From assembly GCA_038247415.1 (NCBI GenBank), contig JBBRUX010000050.1:1-25566 (forward strand): a stretch of 25,566 bases of DNA, given 5' to 3'. Within the stretch, counting starts at the first letter, position 1; every line of letters starts with the position of its first letter. Position numbers and translations under genes: made by a program. Below are positions 1-8,642 of the stretch, one piece after another. The notes under the pieces were generated by a model, which saw only the letters and a program-made list of their open reading frames with translations, did no database searches and was not told the origin of the DNA. Source of the stretch: Chitinivibrionales bacterium (GTDB lineage Bacteria > Fibrobacterota > Chitinivibrionia > Chitinivibrionales > WJKA01).

Positions 1-1347
1 CTCTGGTTTTTCGGCATTCTTTGGTGTAAAGAAATTATAGAAATCCTCTTTGGTATTTATTGCAATTGTATTTTGTTCTCGCATTGCGAGTGCTTTATCA
101 AACAATCCTTTTTGAATTTCATTGAGCAGGTCGATAACGGTTTTGACAAAATCTTCTCGAGGCTGGCCAAAGGGCTTTGCTTCGAGGCAATCTCTTCGGG
201 TTACAAAAACACTGCTACTTTCTATATCCCGAGGGCCTATTTCTAGAATGAGCGGAACTCCTTTTTTTATCCAACCCCATTTTTTGTCTCCGCCACGACC
301 TTCGGCATAATCGATATCGACACTCATTTTACGAAAACCATACCACTGAGCCCGCAGTTCTTTTTTAAGCGACTCACAATACTCAACAACCGCAGCACGG
401 GATTCTTCTTTGTGAATAACCGGCAAAATTACAACATGCGTTGGGGCTAGTTGTGGGGGCAATACGAGGCCATTATCATCTGCATGTGTCATAATCATTC
501 CACCAATGAGACGGGTAGAAACCCCCCACGATGTGGTCCAAGCAAACGCTTCGGCCCCATTAGAATCGAGAAACTTAATATCTGACGCATGCGAAAAATT
601 CTGGCCGAGAAAATGAGAGGTGCCCGCTTGAAGTGCTTTACGATCCTGCATCATTGCCTCTATGCAAAAAGTACTAACAGCACCAGGGAATCGTTCTCCC
701 GCAGTTTTTTCTCCTTTAATAACTGGCATTGCCATGTAATCTTGTGCAAAGGTTTCGTATACATCGAGCATTTTGCGTGTTTCCACCATTGCTTCGTCTG
801 CGGTTGCGTGAGCGGTATGCCCCTCTTGCCATAGAAACTCGGTTGTGCGCAAAAACATGCGCGTCCGCATTTCCCATCTGACAACATTCGCCCATTGATT
901 AATAAGTAAAGGAAGATCGCGATAGCTCTGAACCCACTTGGAAAACATTGCGCCAATAATTGTTTCGGATGTGGGGCGCACAATAAGAGGCTCCTCGAGC
1001 TCCCCTGCTGGAACAAGGGTTCCATTAGGCCCTGCCTCGAGCCTGTGATGCGTGACCACAGCGCATTCTTTTGCAAAACCCTCTACATGCGCAGCTTCTT
1101 TTTCCAAAAAGCTTTTTGGTATAAAAATAGGGAAATAGGCATTCTTATGACCAGTCTCCTTAAACATATCGTCAAGCACGCGCTGAATATTTTCCCAGAT
1201 ACTATAGCCCCATGGCTTTATAACCATACATCCGCGAACCGGTGAATTTTCCGCGAGGTCTGCAGCCTTAATGACTTGCTGATACCATTCGGCGTAATCT
1301 TCGGTGCGGGTTGGTGAAATTGCTGTTTTCTTTTTCTGTTCGGCCAT
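1..1347 (-). CDS. proS: Prolyl-tRNA synthetase, archaeal/eukaryote-type class II (N-terminal ~449 codons; C-terminus runs off the window start)
   Basis: Manual reverse-strand translation from ATG at 1347 gives MAEQKKKTAISPTRTEDYAEWYQQVIKAADLAENSPVRGCMVIKPWGY... It contains class II motifs: FRTTEFLWQEGHTAH (motif 2) and GTSHFLGQNFS (motif 3). SD 'aaggaa' lies 7 nt upstream. It is absent from the ORF track because it has no in-window stop. Confidence 0.85.
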   Translation of the reverse strand, partial: MAEQKKKTAISPTRTEDYAEWYQQVIKAADLAENSPVRGCMVIKPWGYSIWENIQRVLDDMFKETGHKNAYFPIFIPKSFLEKEAAHVEGFAKECAVVTHHRLEAGPNGTLVPAGELEEPLIVRPTSETIIGAMFSKWVQSYRDLPLLINQWANVVRWEMRTRMFLRTTEFLWQEGHTAHATADEAMVETRKMLDVYETFAQDYMAMPVIKGEKTAGERFPGAVSTFCIEAMMQDRKALQAGTSHFLGQNFSHASDIKFLDSNGAEAFAWTTSWGVSTRLIGGMIMTHADDNGLVLPPQLAPTHVVILPVIHKEESRAAVVEYCESLKKELRAQWYGFRKMSVDIDYAEGRGGDKKWGWIKKGVPLILEIGPRDIESSSVFVTRRDCLEAKPFGQPREDFVKTVIDLLNEIQKGLFDKALAMREQNTIAINTKEDFYNFFTPKNAEKPE

Positions 1348-1374
1348 TACATATTCCTTTGTCAAATAGAACGC

Positions 1375-2550
1375 TTAGTGATGAAATAATCTAACTTTGC
1401 AAAAAAACATTGTCATAGCATATTCGTTACACGCTTCAATGACCACATCGTCTCGAAGAGAATTTCCGGGCTGCACAACATACGATACTCCGCTGCGCAC
1501 TGCCCGATCGATACTGTCCCTAAAAGGAAAAAATGCATCAGATCCAAGAGAAACCCCGGTAAGGGTATCAAGCCACGCTCTTTTTTCTTCACGCGTAAAT
1601 CTTTTGGGAACCGTGGTAAAGGCAGTCTTCCAGAAAACTTCTTCTGCAGGCGTGAGATCATCTTCTAAAAACTGATCGATCGCATTATCCCGATCGGGTC
1701 GCTTGATACCCTCTTTAAAGGCAAGGGATAATGTCGTGGGATGCTGGCGAAGAAACCACTTGTCAACTTTTGAAGCAGCCAAGCGAGTGCAATGTACACG
1801 GCTTTGCTGACCAGCACCAACTCCAATAACCTGTCCGTCTTTAACAAAACACACAGAATTTGACTGAGTATATTTAAGAGTTATAAGAGCAACCAGAAGA
1901 TCGCGCCGGACAGAATCGGAAAGGTCTTTTTTCTGTGTTACGACAGTTTCAAGCATTGCATTATTAATGAGAAGATCGTTATGTCGTTGCTCGAAGGTTA
2001 TGCCAAAAACATCCCGTGTCTCAAGAAGTGCCGGAGTGTATACAGGATCGATCTGAACAACTGCATACTTACCATCTTTTTTCTTAGAAAGAATTGCAAG
2101 CGCCTCTGGCTCGTACCCAGGCGCTAGCACACCATCCGAAACTTCGCGTTTAAGCAGTTGCGCGGTAGGCACATCAACAATATCCGATACAATCGCAAAA
2201 TCACCAAATGACGACATCCTATCAGCTCCTCGGGCACGGGCATAGGCTGTTGCCAGCGGAGTCAGTTCGCAATCGTCAACAAAGTAAGCCTTTTTCAGAA
2301 CATCCGAAAGCTCCACACCAACACCCACTCCAGCAGGACTTACATGCTTAAATGATGCGGCCGAGGGCAAACCTGTAGCAATCCGCAATTCGGAAACCAG
2401 TTGCCACCCGTTGAGAGCGTCGAGAAGGTTGATATACCCAGGCGATCCATTGAGCACTTTTATGGGCAATTCGCCCTGTTTCATAAATATGCGCGAAGGG
2501 CTCTGATGAGGATTGCACCCATAGCGCAATGCCATTTCCTGTGAAGCCAT
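1375..2550 (-). CDS. purH: AICAR transformylase domain protein (PurH C-terminal AICARFT domain only; no IMP cyclohydrolase/MGS domain)
   Basis: The 391-aa ORF has ALRYGCNPHQ, the PurH signature KYTQSNSVCF and GVGAGQQSRVHCTRLA. A strong SD (aggag) precedes the ATG at 2550. It lies 27 nt downstream of proS on the same strand. Confidence 0.8.
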   Translation of the reverse strand: MASQEMALRYGCNPHQSPSRIFMKQGELPIKVLNGSPGYINLLDALNGWQLVSELRIATGLPSAASFKHVSPAGVGVGVELSDVLKKAYFVDDCELTPLATAYARARGADRMSSFGDFAIVSDIVDVPTAQLLKREVSDGVLAPGYEPEALAILSKKKDGKYAVVQIDPVYTPALLETRDVFGITFEQRHNDLLINNAMLETVVTQKKDLSDSVRRDLLVALITLKYTQSNSVCFVKDGQVIGVGAGQQSRVHCTRLAASKVDKWFLRQHPTTLSLAFKEGIKRPDRDNAIDQFLEDDLTPAEEVFWKTAFTTVPKRFTREEKRAWLDTLTGVSLGSDAFFPFRDSIDRAVRSGVSYVVQPGNSLRDDVVIEACNEYAMTMFFCKVRLFHH

Positions 2551-2721
2551 AGAATCTCCTTACTGTATTGATATCGAGTAGGCAAAATAATCTTGTGAAT
2601 CGCTCTTGACCCTGCTATAAAATAGTACAGGGATACACGTAGCGTGTGATGAGAAAGGGTGCGAAATGACTAGATTTGACCGCGAGAGCCGTAGGATTCT
2701 CTAATAGCAAACAACCGGGGC

Positions 2722-3432
2722 TTATATTCCGAGAAGTTCTTTATCGAGTTTGACGTTTTTAGCAATAAAAGCATCAGATTCTTTTGATTTTTTAGTAAAT
2801 GCACTTTGAGCACATTTTCCATCTTTACGTACCGTAATCTGTTGACCTGCTACAATCAGCTTCCATGATTCCAGCGAAACCTCGTAGGGCCCAGCTACTT
2901 CGGCAGGGCCTGCTATTTCAGTTCGGATTCCTGCAGGCGCACTGGTTCCCTGCAACCGCGTTGGACCTACGGCAACCTTGCCATCAAATACTGCAACATC
3001 CGTTGTAGAATCGGCAGTGGTACCAAGGGCAAAAACCGTTCCCCGAATTGCTGCGGTTGCGGTAGGTGAAGCAACCGAAAACTCGGTTCCCTTTTTAGTA
3101 ATTTTTTGCATATTAATCCAAACTTTACCAAGCGGTGTTGTTGTCGTAAACGATTTTTCGGTTGCAGACGCGATCATAATGGTGGTATTTTCGTCCATGC
3201 GCAGAACTGCCCCATTGGTATAGCGCACTTCCGCAAAGCTCTCCAATTTGGTTGCAAGTTCATCGCCTACGCCAAGTACGGACCCAGGTCGCGCAGTAAT
3301 GAGTTCACCGCGGGATTTTTTTAAAAGCGTAACGTCTCCCTCGAAACGGGTGAGCGTAGCTACCGATTGTGCCAGCGAGAGGCTGCACATCAAAATCATT
3401 AAAGATACCATAGTATTACAGAGTGTTTTCAT
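2722..3432 (-). CDS. FecR-domain secreted protein. Likely start is ATG at 3432 (MKTLCNTMVSLMILMCSLSLAQS signal peptide); the track's TTG at 3447 is probably too far upstream.
   Basis: FecR-like core motifs (AAIRGTVFAL, RFEGDVTL). GAGGAG SD 8 nt upstream of ATG 3432. N-terminal signal peptide with AQS cleavage site. Confidence 0.6.
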   Translation of the reverse strand: MKTLCNTMVSLMILMCSLSLAQSVATLTRFEGDVTLLKKSRGELITARPGSVLGVGDELATKLESFAEVRYTNGAVLRMDENTTIMIASATEKSFTTTTPLGKVWINMQKITKKGTEFSVASPTATAAIRGTVFALGTTADSTTDVAVFDGKVAVGPTRLQGTSAPAGIRTEIAGPAEVAGPYEVSLESWKLIVAGQQITVRKDGKCAQSAFTKKSKESDAFIAKNVKLDKELLGI

Positions 3433-3472
3433 AGCAAATCTCCTCAAAGGTTACGACATTGAAAAAACACGG

Positions 3473-4570
3473 CTAATTGGTCCAACCTCTATCGGATGTA
3501 CCTTCTATTCCTTTTACCTTGAGCTCAAAATCCTCGGGATTTGATGCATATTGCAATGCGGTTTGCATGGTGATCTGTTCATCCCGGTATAATTGCATAA
3601 GCGACTGATCGAATGTTTGCGAACCATAGGTAGCATGACCTTCGGCAATTGCGCCAGGTATCATGCGAATACCCACTGGGTCGAGTATATATTCGGAAAT
3701 TGCTGCATTATTGACAAGGATTTCTGCTGCAGGAACAATTCCACCACCATCTTTATGAGGCAATAGTCTTAACGATATAACCGAAACCAAAACACTTGAC
3801 AAAACAATTCTAATCTGATCTTGTTGATGCGGCGGGAAAAAGGAAACAATGCGAGTTATCGTTTCTGCGGCATTCATGGTATGGAGTGTTGACACAACAA
3901 GATGCCCCGTATCGGCAGCGGCGAGTGCAATTTCCATGGTTTCCTTGTCACGAATTTCGCCAATGAGAATAACATCGGGATCCTGTCGAAAGCAGGAACG
4001 CAATGCGGTTGCAAAATTGGCAGTATCTGCACCAACTTCTCGCTGGACGATGATACTTTTGTTGTCGCGGTAGAGAAATTCGATGGGATCTTCTACCGTT
4101 ATGATATTACTCGCTGTAGAAGCATTGATATGATTTATCATAGATGCCAAAAGCGTTGATTTCCCAGAACCAGTTGTGCCTGTGACAAGGATCAACCCTC
4201 GTTTACGCATCGAAATATCAAGTATAACCTCAGGAAGATGCAGTTCCTCGAAACTGGGAATTTCGGTACGGATAGCACGAATAGCAAGCGACGGTGTTCC
4301 CCGTTGCGAATAGGCATTAATTCGAAAACGACCAACTCCACGCAAGCTATAGGCTGCATCAAGCTCTCGATCATGCATAAAACGTTCTAATTGATCGGGC
4401 GTAATAATATCTGAAAGCAGTTGATTGAAATCTTCAATTGTCAATGATGGTGCAGAAATACGAAAGAGCTCGCCATTAATCCGGAATACGGGAGGTGCTC
4501 CAACACGGAGGTGAAGATCCGATGCATTTTTTTTCATCATTGCCGTAAGAAGGGCCGTAGTATTAATCAT
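3473..4570 (-). CDS. pilT: Type IV pilus retraction/twitching ATPase PilT (PilT/PilU family)
   Basis: 365 aa with Walker A GTTGSGKST. Hexameric secretion-ATPase motifs (DPIEF, ILIGEIRD, GHLVVSTLHT). The size fits PilT/PilU rather than PilB. Confidence 0.85.
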   Translation of the reverse strand: MINTTALLTAMMKKNASDLHLRVGAPPVFRINGELFRISAPSLTIEDFNQLLSDIITPDQLERFMHDRELDAAYSLRGVGRFRINAYSQRGTPSLAIRAIRTEIPSFEELHLPEVILDISMRKRGLILVTGTTGSGKSTLLASMINHINASTASNIITVEDPIEFLYRDNKSIIVQREVGADTANFATALRSCFRQDPDVILIGEIRDKETMEIALAAADTGHLVVSTLHTMNAAETITRIVSFFPPHQQDQIRIVLSSVLVSVISLRLLPHKDGGGIVPAAEILVNNAAISEYILDPVGIRMIPGAIAEGHATYGSQTFDQSLMQLYRDEQITMQTALQYASNPEDFELKVKGIEGTSDRGWTN

Positions 4571-5658
4571 AGGTCAAGCTCCATGCATTCTTTTGAAAAG
4601 TGAGAAAGCAGTGTTACTCCATGAGGTGTTGTCACAACAAGATCCTCGATCCGAACACCACCAAATCCTGGAATATAAACACCGGGTTCGACCGTTACAA
4701 CAGCATTGGCGGGCACTATAGTTGTATCTTTTTTGGCAAGACGCGGTTTCTCATGGATGCGCAAACCAACCCCATGGCCTGTGCCATGGCCAAATTGATC
4801 CCCGTATCCTGCGTTTGTAATAATAGTGCGCGCGATAGCATCGATGGATGCACAGACTGCACCAGCACGCAGACCTGCAAGTGCTTGCGCTTGTGCATGA
4901 GCTACCAATGCATAGAGCTCTTTTTGTCGACGGGTTGCTTTTCCTGCAAAAAAAGTGCGCGTCATATCCGAGCAATAGCCATTATTAGTACACCCAAAAT
5001 CAACCAGAATAAAATCGCCTTTGCGCAATGCGCGTGATGAAGGATGCCCATGAGGGAGCGCGCTGCGTGCACCAAATAAGACGATTGTGTCAAACGAAGG
5101 TTTGAGAGAACCGGCTTTGATGCACAACTGCTCGAGCATCTGCGCGGCTTGCAATTCTGTTGTGCCGTAGCGTAAACTATTGAGCCACACTGCGAGCGCT
5201 TGATCGGCACTGAGGGCCGCCTTTTTCATGGCCGCGATTTCTGACGATACCTTTGGGATCAAAACGGTTCCGACAGAACCAGAGAGCGTTTTAAAAATAG
5301 TTTTAACGCATTGTCGTTTGAGGCGTGCGAATTGATCGAGCGTAAGAGATTCGGATTGTACCCCGCACTTCGTGGCTTTATCGAGAAGAGGCACAAGGCA
5401 GGAATAGGTTCCTTCGGTAATCATGACTAAATGCCACTCTGGATGCTGTGCGCAAAATACTGTAGCTGCACTTTGATAGCGAAAATCGGTTATGAGAAAA
5501 CTTTTAAATTCGCTCACCAGGAGCATTACATTGCTTGAGGGAAAACCACAGAATGCCGTTGCATCGATGGAGTCTGAAATAAGAATATGGGAACAGCCTT
5601 GCTGTTTCCTGAGAGTATGCAGTGCATGCAATCTGTCAGCTCGAGAAAAGTTCCCCAT
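4567..5658 (-). CDS. Xaa-Pro aminopeptidase / M24 family metallopeptidase
   Basis: Shows M24B/pita-bread-fold metal-ligand signatures. 4-nt ATGA overlap with pilT start. 1-nt TGATG overlap with the upstream TPR gene stop. Confidence 0.8.
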   Translation of the reverse strand: MGNFSRADRLHALHTLRKQQGCSHILISDSIDATAFCGFPSSNVMLLVSEFKSFLITDFRYQSAATVFCAQHPEWHLVMITEGTYSCLVPLLDKATKCGVQSESLTLDQFARLKRQCVKTIFKTLSGSVGTVLIPKVSSEIAAMKKAALSADQALAVWLNSLRYGTTELQAAQMLEQLCIKAGSLKPSFDTIVLFGARSALPHGHPSSRALRKGDFILVDFGCTNNGYCSDMTRTFFAGKATRRQKELYALVAHAQAQALAGLRAGAVCASIDAIARTIITNAGYGDQFGHGTGHGVGLRIHEKPRLAKKDTTIVPANAVVTVEPGVYIPGFGGVRIEDLVVTTPHGVTLLSHFSKECMELDL

Positions 5659-8540
5659 CAGTCTACCTTGGGTCGTGGCTTTTTACGAATGCGCACACCT
5701 TTAAGCGGCTTGTCGTGCGGGAGTTGAGGTTTTTTTCTCGTGCGGGGTAATAAAGGCATATCTTCTTCCGAAAACACAGGTCTGGCAAATGACTGCGTAT
5801 CTGAATCTGAAAAAACTTGCTCCGACGAAGCCTGTGTACCTAAGGGATAGTCTTCATCGGTCATGCTTCTCTGGATTTCTTGGATACGTGCCTTGATCCG
5901 GGTGCTGTCGGGATCGCGAGCAAGAATTCTTTTGTAAATTTCGAGTGCGAGAAGCGGCTGCCCCTGTTGAAAGTAAATATCAGCAAGAGTAGGCGTAATA
6001 ACATGATCGGGTATAGAATACGTATTTTCGGGAACTTCGTTTGTAGCCTTGATCTCGGTGGCATGAGACATATCCATCGGGTCAACATGGGCATGAGCAA
6101 GCTCGTGCGTTATAGTATCATCCGCAGACAATTCCCCAAATGCAAGTGTAGCATCGGCATCCTCAGAAAACTGATACGCTTGTGTAATTTCGCCCTGATC
6201 ATGATCCTGATCAAAGGCATCTTCCCCCGCAACATTATAAAAACCTGCGGATGCCGCAGTGATATCTGCATCGTCATCATCCGGGATTAGGGTAGCGTCG
6301 AGTTCAGCGCTTATTCCATCTCCTGGAAACATTTCTGAAAGACGGCTTTCGATATCATCGCCTGCCACAGGTGTAACCGTAGATTCTGGTGCCGAAGTCA
6401 CCGTGTCAAGAATATCGCCCAAATCCATTTCCTGAGTTATCCCATTATCATGGATTGTATCCTCGCCCACAATTGGCTGAGGCATAGACATCATATCATG
6501 CGAAACACCAGGATCATCAACGCTCTCTTCGGAAAAAACAGAATCGAGAATATGAGCAATTTCATCACCCGTTGGCATTTCGTCGGTATGAGCATCTAAG
6601 CTGTCAACAGGATGGTAGGCATGCGTATCGGTATCAAACATCACATGTTCATCCTGTAAAACTTCATCAATCGATAGTTCATCCGATTGGGCAACGATAT
6701 CATGAGCAATTGAAGCCGTCGTATTCAGACTAACATCCGAAATTTCGTCAGCGCCTACATCATTAGACTGAAAGTCTTGACCCACGCCCATTTCCCGCTG
6801 AATCTTTTGAATGTCTTTTCCAGAAAGTGGAATCGTAGCACCCGATAAAAGCTCCTGGGCAGAAGCATATGCGGTATCGGAAACGCTATCGGATTCAATG
6901 TGCTCTTTTTCTTCGAAGAGGTCTTCGGCCAGTGCTGTTTCATTGGCCGACGTCGGAGAAGCCCTATCGACAAAGAGATCGTCGTTTTGTAAAGCTTCAG
7001 TGGGAGGATGCAACGCTTGTGCGGAAGCATCTCTGGAGTCCTGAGGCATCGGCATCAAGGAATCAAAAGAGATCGCGGAAGTATCAGTACCACGAGTATC
7101 GGTGTCTATCGGAGCAAACATATCCTCGGCAGTTTCGGGCACAAATACACCCAAAGCGGGAGCACGAGCGGTATCTGTTGGAAAAGTTTCATTGTCGCTA
7201 AAAAGCTCTTCGATGCGGGCAGTAACATCAACGCCCGAAATAGCAGCAAGAGGGTCTTCACTTTCTGGTGAGGGCGATGCAAAAACATTCTGATTTACTG
7301 GAAGCGAATACACTCTTGTTTGTGAAGTTACGTCATCGGAAGAAAGAATATCCATTGATGCTTGAGGCAACGATGTTGTAGTAGTTCCTATCTCTTCGAA
7401 AGATTCTTGCGGAATCAGAGAGTCCTCAAAAGGAACCGATGGCTCGGAATGTGCTATGACCTGCGCATATTCGTTTGTCGCACTAGTAAATACTTCATCC
7501 TGGGCTGTACTGGGTTGTGATGGAGCAAACAGATCGCTTGGTGAATCAAACATATCAACCACACCATGCGTCTCCGCAGCTTCATCCATGAGGATTGCAC
7601 GATCGAGATTCGATTGCCCCGAAAACATCTCTTCAACGCGCGAAGAAATATCATCCGCGGCAAACGCGCTGGTTCCCGTAGATTCCGATATTTCCAGACT
7701 CGAAAAATCGACCTCTGGCTCTGCTATAGAATCCCCAAGAGTAATAGAACCATCTTGAGTACGATGTAACGCAATGGTCTGCTCGAGTTCGTCTTTTTGC
7801 AATTCATCATCAGCCTCGGCACCAAACAAAAGACTCATGCGCTGACCAATATCCGACCCCGAAACCGACATACCCGAACCCTCATGGATATCGTCAACGG
7901 TCTCCTCAATCATGAATTCCGAATCTTGAAGAGAACCAATTTCTGCTTCAGGAACAATACCCAGCGATTCGAAATCGGGACTTGCTTCTTCGGGTTCACT
8001 ATAGGGCTGCAATGTTTCTAAGTGGGGAGTCTTGGAAAAATCCGAATCGGTCTCAGGCTGAATGCGCACAGGTGATGGTGACACCGCTTGGTCGGGCGTT
8101 ATCCCTAAAATAGTAAAAATTCCACGTGCTCCCGAACCTTGATATTCGGATGCAAGACGCGTAAAGGAACTATTGTGAGGATCGAGGCGAGCACACAGTG
8201 CATATATGTCGCCAGCTTTTTCGGGATTGCCCTGTTTAACAAAGATATCGGCAAGCATTTTAAGCGCGATTATATTGCGTCTATCGATGCGACAGACATT
8301 TTGAAACTCAGTAATTGCTTCTGGTAAATTTTCTTGCTCAAGATAGCACCGGGCTAAAATGATCCGCCCCGTGGGATAGGTTGGATGGCGTCGTATGCCC
8401 TCTTTGCACATGGTAATAGCAGACACGATATCTCCACGTTTACGATACGCATCTGCCAAACGGGCAAACGCGTACGAACCTGGAGTACCCTGAACTTTTT
8501 CTTCCAATGCTTTCACCGACAATGTTTTGCTAGCAGCCAT
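5658..8540 (-). CDS. Large TPR-repeat protein with a roughly 600-aa highly acidic, low-complexity central region and a basic C-terminal tail
   Basis: ATG at 8540 with 'ggaga' SD; the track's GTG at 8552 is 4 codons upstream. N-terminal and C-terminal TPR-like helices. The middle is D/E/S/T-rich with a recurring EE[ML]F motif. The C-terminus is RTRKKPQLPHDKPLKGVRIRKKPRPKVD. Confidence 0.7.
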   Translation of the reverse strand: MAASKTLSVKALEEKVQGTPGSYAFARLADAYRKRGDIVSAITMCKEGIRRHPTYPTGRIILARCYLEQENLPEAITEFQNVCRIDRRNIIALKMLADIFVKQGNPEKAGDIYALCARLDPHNSSFTRLASEYQGSGARGIFTILGITPDQAVSPSPVRIQPETDSDFSKTPHLETLQPYSEPEEASPDFESLGIVPEAEIGSLQDSEFMIEETVDDIHEGSGMSVSGSDIGQRMSLLFGAEADDELQKDELEQTIALHRTQDGSITLGDSIAEPEVDFSSLEISESTGTSAFAADDISSRVEEMFSGQSNLDRAILMDEAAETHGVVDMFDSPSDLFAPSQPSTAQDEVFTSATNEYAQVIAHSEPSVPFEDSLIPQESFEEIGTTTTSLPQASMDILSSDDVTSQTRVYSLPVNQNVFASPSPESEDPLAAISGVDVTARIEELFSDNETFPTDTARAPALGVFVPETAEDMFAPIDTDTRGTDTSAISFDSLMPMPQDSRDASAQALHPPTEALQNDDLFVDRASPTSANETALAEDLFEEKEHIESDSVSDTAYASAQELLSGATIPLSGKDIQKIQREMGVGQDFQSNDVGADEISDVSLNTTASIAHDIVAQSDELSIDEVLQDEHVMFDTDTHAYHPVDSLDAHTDEMPTGDEIAHILDSVFSEESVDDPGVSHDMMSMPQPIVGEDTIHDNGITQEMDLGDILDTVTSAPESTVTPVAGDDIESRLSEMFPGDGISAELDATLIPDDDDADITAASAGFYNVAGEDAFDQDHDQGEITQAYQFSEDADATLAFGELSADDTITHELAHAHVDPMDMSHATEIKATNEVPENTYSIPDHVITPTLADIYFQQGQPLLALEIYKRILARDPDSTRIKARIQEIQRSMTDEDYPLGTQASSEQVFSDSDTQSFARPVFSEEDMPLLPRTRKKPQLPHDKPLKGVRIRKKPRPKVD

Positions 8541-8642
8541 GCATTTCTCCACATCTAATAATCAACGCACCCACCGGATGCACGTGGCTAAAAGACATAT
8601 GTTTGTTATATCTGTATATAGTACAATATAATATAGAGAGAA

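Noticed and set aside
660-1076. 138-aa minus-strand ORF (and 589..834, 1045..1245 plus-strand ORFs)
   Set aside because: They lie inside the proS coding region in other frames and on the opposite strand. proS fully accounts for this DNA, and these ORFs have no SD and no recognisable motifs.
1397-1847. Three small ORFs (1397..1675 +, 1413..1661 -, 1665..1847 -) inside the purH-like gene
   Set aside because: Alternative-frame or antisense artefacts of a well-supported CDS.
2551-2721. Possible purine/ZTP riboswitch upstream of the purH-like gene
   Set aside because: I compared the minus-strand leader to the ZTP (GGGUCGUGAC...CCGGGCGGAC) and purine (UAUAAU...GGGAUAUGGCCC) cores and found no match. 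Only a weak CCCTG...CAGGG palindrome is present.
7000-8100. Possible DNA-level tandem repeats or a CRISPR-like array in the acidic TPR region
   Set aside because: The repetition is at the amino-acid-motif level, with different codons. I saw no regular repeat-spacer periodicity, and no CRISPR array is present anywhere in the window.
5861-8327. Numerous 60-136-aa ORFs on both strands inside the TPR gene
   Set aside because: The low-complexity acidic coding sequence generates long spurious open frames. None has an SD or motifs, and all are nested in a continuous 960-codon frame.
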